Below, piece after piece: positions 29,669 to 38,884 of a stretch of DNA of 54,727 nucleotides. The position numbers and the translations under genes are program-made. This DNA is from Candidatus Bathyarchaeota archaeon. Lineage in GTDB: Archaea > Thermoproteota > Bathyarchaeia > Bathyarchaeales > Bathycorpusculaceae. Location of the stretch: the NCBI GenBank assembly GCA_963815095.1, contig CAWFFH010000009.1, forward strand, positions 1 to 54,727, written 5' to 3'. The first letter of the stretch is position 1, and each line of letters begins with the position of its first letter. The notes beneath the pieces were generated by a model. The model was not told where the DNA came from. It made no database searches and was given only the letters and a program-made list of their open reading frames with translations.

Positions 29669-30805
29669 ATGACAGCGGAAAAAGAATTCAACGAAAGTAC
29701 CATTTGCCCTTTATGTGGAAACAGAGCAAGCAACTTTAGCGTTGGTGAATCTAATCTCAGATTTCTTCGTTCACGGATTCAAGAAAAAAATGTTAACGAA
29801 GCTCTCAACATATGTGCTACCGCTTGGAACATGTTTCCAGAGTTAAGGTTGCACTCGGATTCCAAAGAAATTGTTGACCTTCTTCTTGACCATATTCAGC
29901 AACAGCTAGCTAAAGCATTGGTTCCACTCGAAATGATCGCGAAATTAACCTCTCCGCTAAATGAGAAGCTAGAAGGATTAATTGAAAAACTTCCCCAAGA
30001 CGTTAAGAAACAATTCCAAGAGATAACCATTCAACTTGCAAAGGAAACAAAAACAGTTCAAGAGATTGCAAAGAATTCGGCCGAGCCAATCCAAAGAGAT
30101 GTGAGGGAACTTTCCCTTACTATTAACAGTTTGCTGAATAAGCCCAATCTCAGTGGATTAGTGAAAGAAAAAACCCTTGAGTTGAGTTGGAATGAATCTT
30201 TCACCAAAGATAAAGTTACCAGAAAAGGAGGGGCAGGTCAGCCTGATTTGGTTATCGAGCCATTCGTTGATTTCAGCGGGGGAAAAATTGGTCAAAAAAT
30301 CGTGGTGGAAAGAAAAGGGGGAAAGCAAAAATATTGTGGCATCCATCTCCAACAGACTATAGAGCATGCAAGGGTTGAGGGTGCTCATTTTGGGTTACTT
30401 GTTTATGATTCATCCGAGAATCTTGTTGAAGCACATAAACCGTTATTCCTAACCACCATTCAAGAAATAACTTTGGCTGTAACCGACGCCGAGTCGGGGA
30501 CATGGCGAGTAGCTAGAGAAGTTTTCGAAATTTTCCAGAATATTTTGCCAGTTGGCGTCCCAGGACAGCATATCGATTTTAAAGAGTTAGAAAGGACCAT
30601 AAATGAAATGGCATCAGTTAATCAAGAAATTGAAGCTTTAAGGAAATGCAATAATTCTACAATCACAAACTTGGAAAAAACCAGAAATCTAATCAACAAA
30701 CTCGAAGAATCGATAAACGGGTACCAAGAGAAATTGAGATACTTAGTTCTTGATCAAGTTGCCTCAAAACGATTTAAGACACACATACCAGCGCCTATAA
30801 ACTAG
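29669..30805 (+). CDS. Coiled-coil plus PD-(D/E)XK-like protein (RmuC-like architecture)
   Basis: N-terminal CPLC; G-x-x-KE, PDLVI, VVERK; coiled coils on both sides. Confidence 0.55.
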   Translation: MTAEKEFNESTICPLCGNRASNFSVGESNLRFLRSRIQEKNVNEALNICATAWNMFPELRLHSDSKEIVDLLLDHIQQQLAKALVPLEMIAKLTSPLNEKLEGLIEKLPQDVKKQFQEITIQLAKETKTVQEIAKNSAEPIQRDVRELSLTINSLLNKPNLSGLVKEKTLELSWNESFTKDKVTRKGGAGQPDLVIEPFVDFSGGKIGQKIVVERKGGKQKYCGIHLQQTIEHARVEGAHFGLLVYDSSENLVEAHKPLFLTTIQEITLAVTDAESGTWRVAREVFEIFQNILPVGVPGQHIDFKELERTINEMASVNQEIEALRKCNNSTITNLEKTRNLINKLEESINGYQEKLRYLVLDQVASKRFKTHIPAPIN

Positions 30806-30812
30806 AAACTTC

Positions 30813-31985
30813 GTGGTTTTTAAAAGACATAATGGAGCGGCAATATTGGCAGACAAACGAGAAGTAAAAGCAATCCAACTTTTGGCAAAAGGAAACAACA
30901 TAAAGATAATCAGCCAGGCACATTATGCGATACGTTCTCAAACGACACCTAATAAGTGGTATGACATTATTTGGCAAAGAGATCGTTGGTCTTGCCAATG
31001 CCCCGACTATCAAAAGAGATCAGGGCGTTGTAAACATCTTCATGCATTAGAATACTTTCTAATGATCCGAGACATAACAAAAGGCATGCAAGAGCAAGAT
31101 GACCAAGTCAAGTGTAAATACTGTGGATCCAGTGAACACTTGGTAAAATATGGACCTAGATATAGGCAGAGTGCGACCACTCAAATGTTCAAGTGTAAAA
31201 CCTGCGAAAAATATTTCACTAACAGAAAAGGCTATGAGCGAATGAAAAATCAAAAAATCTCGATCCTCAGTGCCCTCGATTTATATTTTAGAGGCATAAG
31301 CCTAAGAGAGATACAACAACACCTAAAGTCAACTTTTGGATGTGATGTTAGCTACGTTACAATATACAATTGGCTAAAGAAGTACGTCCAGCTTGTCAAA
31401 TGCTTCACAGAAAACCTTAGATTTAATACGTCTGACCGCTGGCATGCTGATGAAACTTTGATCAGGGTTGAAGGTAGAAAAATGGTACTTTGGAACTTAC
31501 TCGACTCAGGAACCAAGCAATGGATTGCGAAGCACATTTCTGAAACTAGGGGCAAAGAAGATGCAGTTATTTTGTTTAAGAAAGGGAAGAAAAGATCAGA
31601 AAATCCACCTAAAGAAATTATAACGGATGGGCTGCCAAGTTACCCTTTTGCAATTGATGACCAATTTGGCGCTAATCAAAATTCCGATTCAAACCAAAAA
31701 ACTATTCACATAGTAGGTCCCTTAGTCGGAAAAATCAATAACAATAGAGTTGAAAGATTCAACGGTTCCGTTAAAGGTAGGCTTAAACCAATGGGGCATC
31801 TAAACAACAATGTAGGCGCAGACTTGTTTACAGATGGTTATGAAATTCACTACAACTATATACGAGAGCATCTTGCTTTAAATGGAAAAACTCCTTATGG
31901 AGCGTCTAAAGGTTCTGATGAAGGGTTGAATTGGCGACAGCTTATTGATAAGGCGTCAACTAAAGATTCCAACGAGCAACCTTAG
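30813..31985 (+). CDS. IS6/IS240-like DDE transposase with N-terminal SWIM and Zn fingers
   Basis: CQCPD...CKH (SWIM), CKYC/CKTC, SLREIQQHL HTH, HADET, ITDG, NNRVERFN, GKTP. Confidence 0.85.
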   Translation: MVFKRHNGAAILADKREVKAIQLLAKGNNIKIISQAHYAIRSQTTPNKWYDIIWQRDRWSCQCPDYQKRSGRCKHLHALEYFLMIRDITKGMQEQDDQVKCKYCGSSEHLVKYGPRYRQSATTQMFKCKTCEKYFTNRKGYERMKNQKISILSALDLYFRGISLREIQQHLKSTFGCDVSYVTIYNWLKKYVQLVKCFTENLRFNTSDRWHADETLIRVEGRKMVLWNLLDSGTKQWIAKHISETRGKEDAVILFKKGKKRSENPPKEIITDGLPSYPFAIDDQFGANQNSDSNQKTIHIVGPLVGKINNNRVERFNGSVKGRLKPMGHLNNNVGADLFTDGYEIHYNYIREHLALNGKTPYGASKGSDEGLNWRQLIDKASTKDSNEQP

Positions 31986-33114
31986 CTCTGGCAATTTCGC
32001 TTTTAACGTATTGCGTTAACTTATAAGAGAATTTTACCAGAGGCAGAAAGTCTAGGCCATTGTTAATATCCTCAGGCAATGCGAGTCCAAGCAACTCTGC
32101 AGGGGTCTTACCAAATGCAGGCGAGCTTCTATCACGTGGTTTACGCGGCCAAATATAGTTGCGATACCATCTGTAAATATTAAAACTACTCTGTTGAGTC
32201 CAAAGTCTGCGATGTTGGCAATGCCGTTTATTATCACGTTGACCGAAATCGGAAAACCACCGTTCAACTCCATTCATTTTCGGATTTTTCCAATAATCTG
32301 GATCAGACTTGTTTAGTATCTTAATCTCGTCAGGAGCGAGCAGTGAAATAACAGCTTTATCCAAATCTGACGCGGCATCAATCTTTAAAGGTCTAGGCCT
32401 GGCGCCTGTGCGATCCAGCGCCAAGGTTAACGCTGATAGAGCACTAAACCACGACTTGTTTGCGCTAACCTCTCCCGAGTAGTCATAATCGGTTGCCTGA
32501 TCTGTAACAATCGTTTCGTACATTTTAGGATGACCAGAACTCTTGTCCAACTTTCTTCCAAGAGGAGAGACTCTACGAAAAGGAAGGTTATTATGACGCA
32601 CATCCATGAGCCAAGACCCCTTAAGAAGTAACGGCTCCTTTGCCAAATACCTGAGAATTATTGGCTCTGCTTCTTCCAATATAACGTTAACCGATTCTCT
32701 GATACGATAAATAGTTGGGACATTAATGGTAAGGGGTTTTAGATGATCTTCTCTACTCTTCAATTCTATTTCTCTTATAATGTCTGTATCTTTGTGGTTC
32801 AATGCAGACCAGAGAAGAACATGCCGATAAACCCATTCTGGAACACGAGAGCCGTGATTAAATGCGGGGGTCGTATGCTTACCGCACTTTGGGCAATGTT
32901 TTTTTTGTCTTTCCTCTATGTCATTGTGCCTAGTACCATAGGTACTTAATGGATGCCCACAATCCATACAACAATCTTCATCAAAGTGAGCTGGAAACCC
33001 ATCACCATTCCTAATAGAAGCAAGCAACCCCGCTAGATTAATTTGATCATACGGGTTTGGAAAAACGGCAGAAATCCGTCTATGAATCAAGGGCAAAGTT
33101 ATTGTAACAGGCAA
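31960..33114 (-). CDS. Divergent DDE transposase-like protein
   Basis: CMDC/CPKC Zn finger, LMDV, KIDAA, NGVERWF, GKTPAELLG. Confidence 0.6.
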   Translation of the reverse strand: MPVTITLPLIHRRISAVFPNPYDQINLAGLLASIRNGDGFPAHFDEDCCMDCGHPLSTYGTRHNDIEERQKKHCPKCGKHTTPAFNHGSRVPEWVYRHVLLWSALNHKDTDIIREIELKSREDHLKPLTINVPTIYRIRESVNVILEEAEPIILRYLAKEPLLLKGSWLMDVRHNNLPFRRVSPLGRKLDKSSGHPKMYETIVTDQATDYDYSGEVSANKSWFSALSALTLALDRTGARPRPLKIDAASDLDKAVISLLAPDEIKILNKSDPDYWKNPKMNGVERWFSDFGQRDNKRHCQHRRLWTQQSSFNIYRWYRNYIWPRKPRDRSSPAFGKTPAELLGLALPEDINNGLDFLPLVKFSYKLTQYVKSEIARAKVARWNL

Positions 33115-33149
33115 ACTTCAGTTCCACCAAATCATTCAAATAGACATCC

Positions 33150-33269
33150 ATAAAACGAAACGTTAACAGCCCTCCAAACAAACGTTAACTTAACAACACC
33201 GCTACGGGTGTTCTTAAGTTGTCGTTTGAAATTGGGGGTCGATTGCTTCTTGTTAATTAAACGTTTTAT
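33150..33269. other. ~120-nt imperfect long hairpin (candidate ncRNA or cis-element)
   Basis: Nested pairings ATAAAACG/CGTTTTAT, TTAACA/TGTTAA, CCTCCAA/TTGGGGG, CAAACG/CGTTTG, AACTTAA/TTAAGTT, AACACC/GGTGTT. Confidence 0.7.
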
Positions 33270-33271
33270 TT

Positions 33272-34006
33272 TCAAGTGTTGTCACCGTTGGTTAAGTTGG
33301 GAGTTTGATTCATTTGGGCTGCCGATTTGTCTTTGGAATAGTATGCTTTTTTCACCCAGCTCATATGACTGAGAGAGAATTTGGGCACATTCAGCTTTGC
33401 ATACTTATCTTGTGACCAAAGTCCAAGTGAAAATTCTGGTTTGATTCGTGTTCCGTTTATGTAATAGGCAATTTGTTCTTTGAGTGTAGGTATTTCCACA
33501 TTGAAGGTTAGCTTACCTACTGATAGAATATCGCCCCATGGAATTTCTTGAGGGTCTATGACACCCTTATTCACGGTTCGCTGGTCCAGTTGCTTATCCC
33601 CCGAATATGACTCTTCGCGAGCTTTGATGCCTAGGAGTTCGTTACTTGGAGTTCTGTAGAATTCAACGTCCCACTCGCCGATCACATTTAAGAGCTTAGC
33701 TAATACAGAAGATTCAACAACTAACCCATCTATATCGACATACCTGCTGTGAACTCCTGGAACTGCTCGTAAGAATGCTTTTGAAGGAACCCACGATTCG
33801 GTCCAAAAAGGAGTACCGCATAAATTGGAACGTTTGATTACTTCCTGCGCTAAATCTGTTGTTTCATCTTTTATAATGCAGCAGAAATCGCCCGTGTCCA
33901 AGACTAAACCATCTTTTTCTCTATATTTTTCCCCCTCAAATGGCCCTGAGCTTGTGTATCGCCAATGATTCCTGATTATATCAGATTTGAGTTTTTGATT
34001 AGCCAA
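33272..34006 (-). CDS. Hypothetical protein
   Basis: 244-aa ORF, no recognised motif. Confidence 0.65.
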   Translation of the reverse strand: MANQKLKSDIIRNHWRYTSSGPFEGEKYREKDGLVLDTGDFCCIIKDETTDLAQEVIKRSNLCGTPFWTESWVPSKAFLRAVPGVHSRYVDIDGLVVESSVLAKLLNVIGEWDVEFYRTPSNELLGIKAREESYSGDKQLDQRTVNKGVIDPQEIPWGDILSVGKLTFNVEIPTLKEQIAYYINGTRIKPEFSLGLWSQDKYAKLNVPKFSLSHMSWVKKAYYSKDKSAAQMNQTPNLTNGDNT

Positions 34007-34012
34007 TTTAGA

Positions 34013-34285
34013 TCAAGTCTCCTCTGTTTGTTCAAAAGCTTTCAAGCGTAGAGTTTTCAGTCGCTCATCCAACGCTTTTTGATAGAGCACACCTATTCCT
34101 TGGCACACTAAATCTGCGTTATTTCTTACTGCACCAGATTGTTTCAGTTCCTTCGCTTCTTCTGCAGGCTTGCCGCATATCTGGACGTTGATTCTGAGGT
34201 AGTCCTTTTTCTTTTTTTCATACATTTCTTTTGCCTCTTTTCTATAAAAAACAGACCAATTTTTTGCCTTAAAATAATAGTTCAA
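34013..34285 (-). CDS. Small protein, possibly ribbon-helix-helix DNA-binding
   Basis: RINVQI strand followed by two helices (NNADLVCQGI). Confidence 0.45.
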   Translation of the reverse strand: MNYYFKAKNWSVFYRKEAKEMYEKKKKDYLRINVQICGKPAEEAKELKQSGAVRNNADLVCQGIGVLYQKALDERLKTLRLKAFEQTEET

Positions 34286-34402
34286 AACTTTACGGGTAAA
34301 TTTTGAATTTCAAATGATGCAAGTGATTTTAAATATTGTTTTGTAGGAAACAAAATTTAATAGCAGTGACATCCATTAATTTGGTTCTAAGGGCCATTTA
34401 CA

Positions 34403-35638
34403 TTGGAATATACTGTGGATCTCGGCAAGTTATCATTGATCTTGAAAACCTTTTCTCCAGTGGATGGTCTAAAGTATGGGGAAAATGTTTATCGCGTCGC
34501 AGAAGGCGTTTACATTCTTAGCGATAAGGCCTCTTTTTCTGTTGAAGAACTAATTCATTACATTAATGAGGAATCAGTTCATCATGATAAAAAGCCTCTC
34601 AAAAATGAAGACATTCAAAAGATATTCGATAAGATAGTTGAAGCTGGACTATCGAAAGAAGCAACCGGTGAATCCTTAAGGTCTAATAAATGCTTCAAGT
34701 CAGATAATATTTCCAGAGCGATTCTCAGCGATTTTTTTACAATTGATTGGGTACCGCGAAACGGCAAGAGTGGTTTTGGAAGTTTTTTATTTCAATGTCA
34801 CCTAAGGACAGTCGAGTGGTGTTGCATCTATTTAGCTGGCAAGACTTTTAGTGTAGAAGAAATATCCGCGCTTTCTGGTTTGAAGCATACTGTTTGTGTA
34901 AATTCGCTACATGAGTTGAGTAAAAGTGACCGAGCAGAAAATGGGCAACTCGATTATGTTCTAGGTAAGTATAGACTAAAAAACGGCTCGGGTATTCCAA
35001 CCGAAGAAGAAAAGATGTTGGAAGAGTTGTCCCGTGGGTATCAAGATCATCAGAATCATAGACCTACCAAAAAAGACTACATAATCGAAATCCTCAAAGA
35101 GCATGAGAGTCTTTCAGGCGCCGAATTGCACAGACACTTGATAAAGCTCGGAATAAATTGCACAGATAAAGCGGTATATCATCATCTTGGAATTCTAAAA
35201 CATGCGAACAAAATTGAGGATGACCCTAAAAAAGTTAATGATGGACGTACACAAAAAGTTAGATTAGTTGAAGAAAACGAAAAGTTAGCCAAAACTGTGC
35301 TGTTGAAAAATATCAGAAAAGCCTTTAACCAAGCCGAAATTAATGTCGAGGAGGAATTTTTCAATAAAGCTAAGAAAACCACAGTTGCTAACTTAAGAGT
35401 CTTTTACAGACAACTTAACGATGTAGTTCTAGCAAAAGACAAGCATGAGTACTCATCATACCAGTTGTGGACTGACTTGTTTAGCCAAATGGATCCAACG
35501 AAAGGCTTTGCGGAGAACGTTTCGAAATTTGTTTCATCCAAATCAAATTTAGAGGCTGAAATTAAAAGAACCACTGAAGAATACAATATTTCGCCCGCAC
35601 TTTTGCTTTTATTACACTTCTCCAAGATAGATCGCTAA
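34403..35638 (+). CDS. Multi-wHTH hypothetical protein
   Basis: SVEEISALSGL and LSGAELHRHL...KAVYHHLGIL HTH-like segments. Confidence 0.6.
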   Translation: MEYTVDLGKLSLILKTFSPVDGLKYGENVYRVAEGVYILSDKASFSVEELIHYINEESVHHDKKPLKNEDIQKIFDKIVEAGLSKEATGESLRSNKCFKSDNISRAILSDFFTIDWVPRNGKSGFGSFLFQCHLRTVEWCCIYLAGKTFSVEEISALSGLKHTVCVNSLHELSKSDRAENGQLDYVLGKYRLKNGSGIPTEEEKMLEELSRGYQDHQNHRPTKKDYIIEILKEHESLSGAELHRHLIKLGINCTDKAVYHHLGILKHANKIEDDPKKVNDGRTQKVRLVEENEKLAKTVLLKNIRKAFNQAEINVEEEFFNKAKKTTVANLRVFYRQLNDVVLAKDKHEYSSYQLWTDLFSQMDPTKGFAENVSKFVSSKSNLEAEIKRTTEEYNISPALLLLLHFSKIDR

Positions 35639-35684
35639 TAAAGTTAGACTGTTCCAGCGTTTTGCGTTATTCAATCTGAGTCCA

Positions 35685-37283
35685 TTACTTCTTCGGTTTT
35701 TCATTTTCAAGCATTTTTTCAAATTGATATATATCTTCGTTATTTCGGAATGCCTTCTCCAACACCTCTTCTGACTTTGTAGGATTTTCCCAAATAGCTT
35801 CCAACAATTCCCGGACTTGTTTTTCATTTCGGGCTGCTCTGCAAGTTTTTTGCACACTTATAGCCTTACAACATCCTCTTTGCTGCAATTTGACATTGAA
35901 GTCTGCAGCCGTCAAAAGTTGAACATTCATTCTTGCAGCATATGAAGCCAAACTTATCTTATCCTCGTTCTTGAGCTTCACGTAATCTTTTGGGTCGAAA
36001 GCTTGACCTGCAAATACTCCGGTAATACCTTGTTTTATTTGCCTTCCATCCGAAGTGTCAACGCCGAACTCTTTAGTCCAACGCAAAACTTCAAAGAAGT
36101 CATCAACATCCAGTTTCCTTACTAATCCCCATTTGCATGAAAGCACGTATGTAATATCTGGGGCAAAAATGCCCGGCGTGACCTCCCAGACTCGGTCCAC
36201 TTCTGCAGCTGTCCTTCTTCCGCCAACCCCCTTGAGTAAGTGAAGCGTGATCCTTCTGGAGTCCATTTTCTTCGTTCGATGATTTTGTGTCCAGAAATGA
36301 GCACCCGTCGTGAACCTATCAATAAACCATTCTGAGACCGCCTCCCAATTGTGTCCGATGCGATGTCTCTTTCCCTGAGTTAATCGTATGTAATTCTCTT
36401 TCATCGAAATCGCCGCTCTCAAATCTTCGTCTGAAAGGGACAAATGATAATAATATGAGTAAGCATCAAATAGCTTGATTTTCTGAAGCTTCGGATAAAG
36501 TTGCAAGGCCCTCTTCAATGCGTGTTTAGCTTCATATTCACTGCATTTAAGCTTCTCTTGAATATAGTTGAAGCCTACTAGGTCTTTGAGTTTAGAATGC
36601 TCAACAATGATGTCGGCTATGCGATGAACTCTCTCCATCGTCGGGTTCATGGAACTCCTGCCTTCTAAAGCAAAATCTGTTCGCTCAACTGCCTCAACGA
36701 TAGCTTGTTCTCTCGACTTTTTCTGGTCAATCCAAGTGATTAAGTAACCTTCTTTAAAGGGCGTTTGTCGCTCTTCTAATTTGTAGCCTCTAACATAGAC
36801 TAGCCCTTTCTTTTCGAACCTGCGGATGTTAGCCATAATATCTCTTGGTCTCACCGATTCGTTTTGAAGATTAGAGACGATTTCAATTGAGAACCATGCC
36901 TTTTCTCCATGTTTTTCAAGAAATTCTAAAACCGCGGTTGCTTTGCTCTTGATTCCTCCGCCTCTTGCATCTAGGTATTTCTTATCGTATCCAACAAACG
37001 CTAAATCGCCTTCTCTAATAACATTTTTATTATTTGGCTGAAAAAGGTACAAATGATAAGGTCTAGTATTCCTGCTGACCCCAGCTCTTCCTTTGAATAT
37101 CCTTGCTGCCTCAAATACGGGAGATTTTGTGCGCAGAATAATGCCCCGTACCCAAAGCCTCTTCAATGCATTCTCGGTTGCTCCTCTGCTCAAACCCGTA
37201 AGTTTAGCAATATCTCTTGAACACTTCGCCGTGCCATCACTCAAGATAACTAACACACGGTTTTGAGAGGGAAATTGTTCCAT
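35685..37283 (-). CDS. wHTH-repeat protein with a C-terminal PD-(D/E)XK (Mrr-like) domain
   Basis: SRDIAKLTGLS HTH; GHNWE...EVDRV...LSCKWG...VDDF; start placed at ATG 37283. Confidence 0.65.
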   Translation of the reverse strand: MEQFPSQNRVLVILSDGTAKCSRDIAKLTGLSRGATENALKRLWVRGIILRTKSPVFEAARIFKGRAGVSRNTRPYHLYLFQPNNKNVIREGDLAFVGYDKKYLDARGGGIKSKATAVLEFLEKHGEKAWFSIEIVSNLQNESVRPRDIMANIRRFEKKGLVYVRGYKLEERQTPFKEGYLITWIDQKKSREQAIVEAVERTDFALEGRSSMNPTMERVHRIADIIVEHSKLKDLVGFNYIQEKLKCSEYEAKHALKRALQLYPKLQKIKLFDAYSYYYHLSLSDEDLRAAISMKENYIRLTQGKRHRIGHNWEAVSEWFIDRFTTGAHFWTQNHRTKKMDSRRITLHLLKGVGGRRTAAEVDRVWEVTPGIFAPDITYVLSCKWGLVRKLDVDDFFEVLRWTKEFGVDTSDGRQIKQGITGVFAGQAFDPKDYVKLKNEDKISLASYAARMNVQLLTAADFNVKLQQRGCCKAISVQKTCRAARNEKQVRELLEAIWENPTKSEEVLEKAFRNNEDIYQFEKMLENEKPKK

Positions 37284-37430
37284 AACCGAGCTGCTTCCAA
37301 GAAAATTTGTGACAACGTTAAATTTAAACCTTAATGCGAAATAGGATACTACTGCAAAATCAAAGCAGAAATAAAGCAAGCTATTTGCGTAAAAGGGGCA
37401 AAAAACAGGCTTGAATGCACGGGAACTAGA

Positions 37431-37518
37431 TGGTGCAGAGGGTGGGATTTGAACCCACGAACCTCTGGAGGATAGGCTCCTGAAGCCTACGCCTTTGACC
37501 ATGCTCGGCGACCTCTGC
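37431..37518 (-). tRNA. tRNA-Leu(CAG)
   Basis: GCAGAGG acceptor, TAGGC-TTCAGGA-GCCTA anticodon arm, long variable arm, GTGGG-TTCAAAT-CCCAC, ACCA end. Confidence 0.96.
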
Positions 37519-37623
37519 ACAAAGTGGCTTCTCGTTAGTCAAATTGCCTTTAATGATAAATACATTACCACGGTTGGGGATTTAGACTCAATTGCCCAAA
37601 GATTAAAAATAGTGTGAAAAAAA

Positions 37624-38038
37624 CTATGTCTCAGCAGTTGTCTGTTGGGCTATTAGTTGTTTTACCTTCTGCTCAATTTCATCTCGGATTTCTCTTACTT
37701 TTTCTATAGGTTTGCCTTTTGGGTCTTCAAGATTTCCATCCGATTGTAGGTTTGAAGAATGGCCCATAGCATATACCGTGGTCATTGCAACCCATTGTAA
37801 CAATCAAGTCTGCGTCTATAGCCATATTTGCTGTTATCAGTTTTGGCTGGTTCATTGATAAGCCGATACCCTTTTCCTTCAAAACCTCAACCACCATAGG
37901 GTTCACGTGTTCAGCAGGTTTGTTGCCAGCACTAGAAGCGATTAATGTATCGGCGCCATATTTTTTTCCGAACGCTTCAGCCATTTGGCTTCTGCCAGCT
38001 TTTTCGACACAGACAAACAAAATCTTCTTCACGATCAA
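37624..38038 (-). pseudogene. arsC: LMW-PTPase-type arsenate reductase, frameshifted
   Basis: CVEKAGRSQMAE P-loop; the C-terminal LEDPKGKPIEKVREIRDEI lies in another frame from ~37733. Confidence 0.8.
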
Positions 38039-38044
38039 TCTTCT

Positions 38045-38332
38045 CTAGCTTAATGCGGCTTCTTGAAGTTTTTCAATAGTCTTTCGGGTTTCCTCTTCCG
38101 AAGGATGGGAAATGGCGCCAGCGGGGCAGATATCTTCACAACCTCTGCAGAAAACTACGCACTTGTTTGGGTTTACTATGGTTCTTTTTTTTCCATCTTT
38201 CTCTTCCAAGTTGTAAGCGGTCATGTGACAGAAGTCGACGCATTTTCCGCAAGATATACATTTTTCATAGTCGATTTTTGGGTTCCAGGGAATTTTGTTT
38301 CGGGGAATTCCTTCGTATGTTTCTTCAGACAT
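38045..38332 (-). CDS. 4Fe-4S ferredoxin
   Basis: CISCGKCVDFC and CVVFCRGCEDICP. Confidence 0.9.
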   Translation of the reverse strand: MSEETYEGIPRNKIPWNPKIDYEKCISCGKCVDFCHMTAYNLEEKDGKKRTIVNPNKCVVFCRGCEDICPAGAISHPSEEETRKTIEKLQEAALS

Positions 38333-38341
38333 TCAATTCAC

Positions 38342-38710
38342 CTATTTTTGTGTTGTCCAAAACGGGTAAATTTCCAAGTTTTCAGACAGGCTTTTCAGAT
38401 AAGCCTTAACCTCAATTTCGTCTAAGTTGGGGATGCCGTTTTTGTCTTTGTGAAGGGGGATTTTTGTTTCTCTTAGTGCATCGCCTTTTGGGAAGTCGTT
38501 GAAGATGTAGTAGCGTTTGTCGTGGAGCATTATTATTTTGATGGTGGAGAATTCTTTGTTTTTTGAGAAGCCGTTTTGTTCAAGGATGAAAACTATTGAG
38601 GCGTTCTTCTTTTCAGTAACTATGTGTTTAAAATCTTGCCAGCTTCGGATTTGTATGTGTCCTTCAGTCAATGTTGTCACTTGGTGGTTTTGAGTATGTT
38701 TAATTAACAA
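38342..38710 (-). CDS. Hypothetical protein
   Basis: ORF co-oriented and closely spaced with ferredoxin and arsC. Confidence 0.55.
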   Translation of the reverse strand: MLIKHTQNHQVTTLTEGHIQIRSWQDFKHIVTEKKNASIVFILEQNGFSKNKEFSTIKIIMLHDKRYYIFNDFPKGDALRETKIPLHKDKNGIPNLDEIEVKAYLKSLSENLEIYPFWTTQK

Positions 38711-38758
38711 GCTATTAATGTAAATATTTAAATATTGTTATATATTCTATTTGAAATC

Positions 38759-38884
38759 ATGAACCCACCAACAGCGCAATAACAAAGATTCAAAGCACAA
38801 GTCTTTCATGCACTCTCAGACCCCGACCGACTTGAAATCCTTGAATTTCTACATGTCCACTCATCGAGATTCCATTTATGCTAA
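38759..38884 (+). pseudogene. ArsR/SmtB regulator remnant
   Basis: MNPPTAQ*QRFKAQVFHALSDPDRLEILEFL: internal stop and truncation; divergent from the ars genes. Confidence 0.7.

Larger units (their letters stand above)
14101..37459. mobile_element. ~23 kb genomic (defence) island integrated at tRNA-Leu(CAG)
   Basis: Flanking direct repeat of the tRNA 3' end; CRISPR, Lamassu, nuclease and transposase cargo. Confidence 0.8.

Noticed and set aside
31944-31966. Partial match of the CRISPR spacer (CGTCAACTAA) at the junction of the two DDE genes
   Set aside because: Only ~10 contiguous nt with poor flanks; compatible with chance in 55 kb, so not called self-targeting
16482-33114. CRISPR-associated transposon (CAST) interpretation
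   Set aside because: No TnsB/TnsC/TniQ set or Tn7-like ends; the DDE genes are ~10 kb from the cas genes, and the IS1182 is a self-contained insertion
37284-37520. N-terminal extension of the 611-aa ORF
   Set aside because: It reads through tRNA-Leu and its trailer; the real start is more likely ATG 37283
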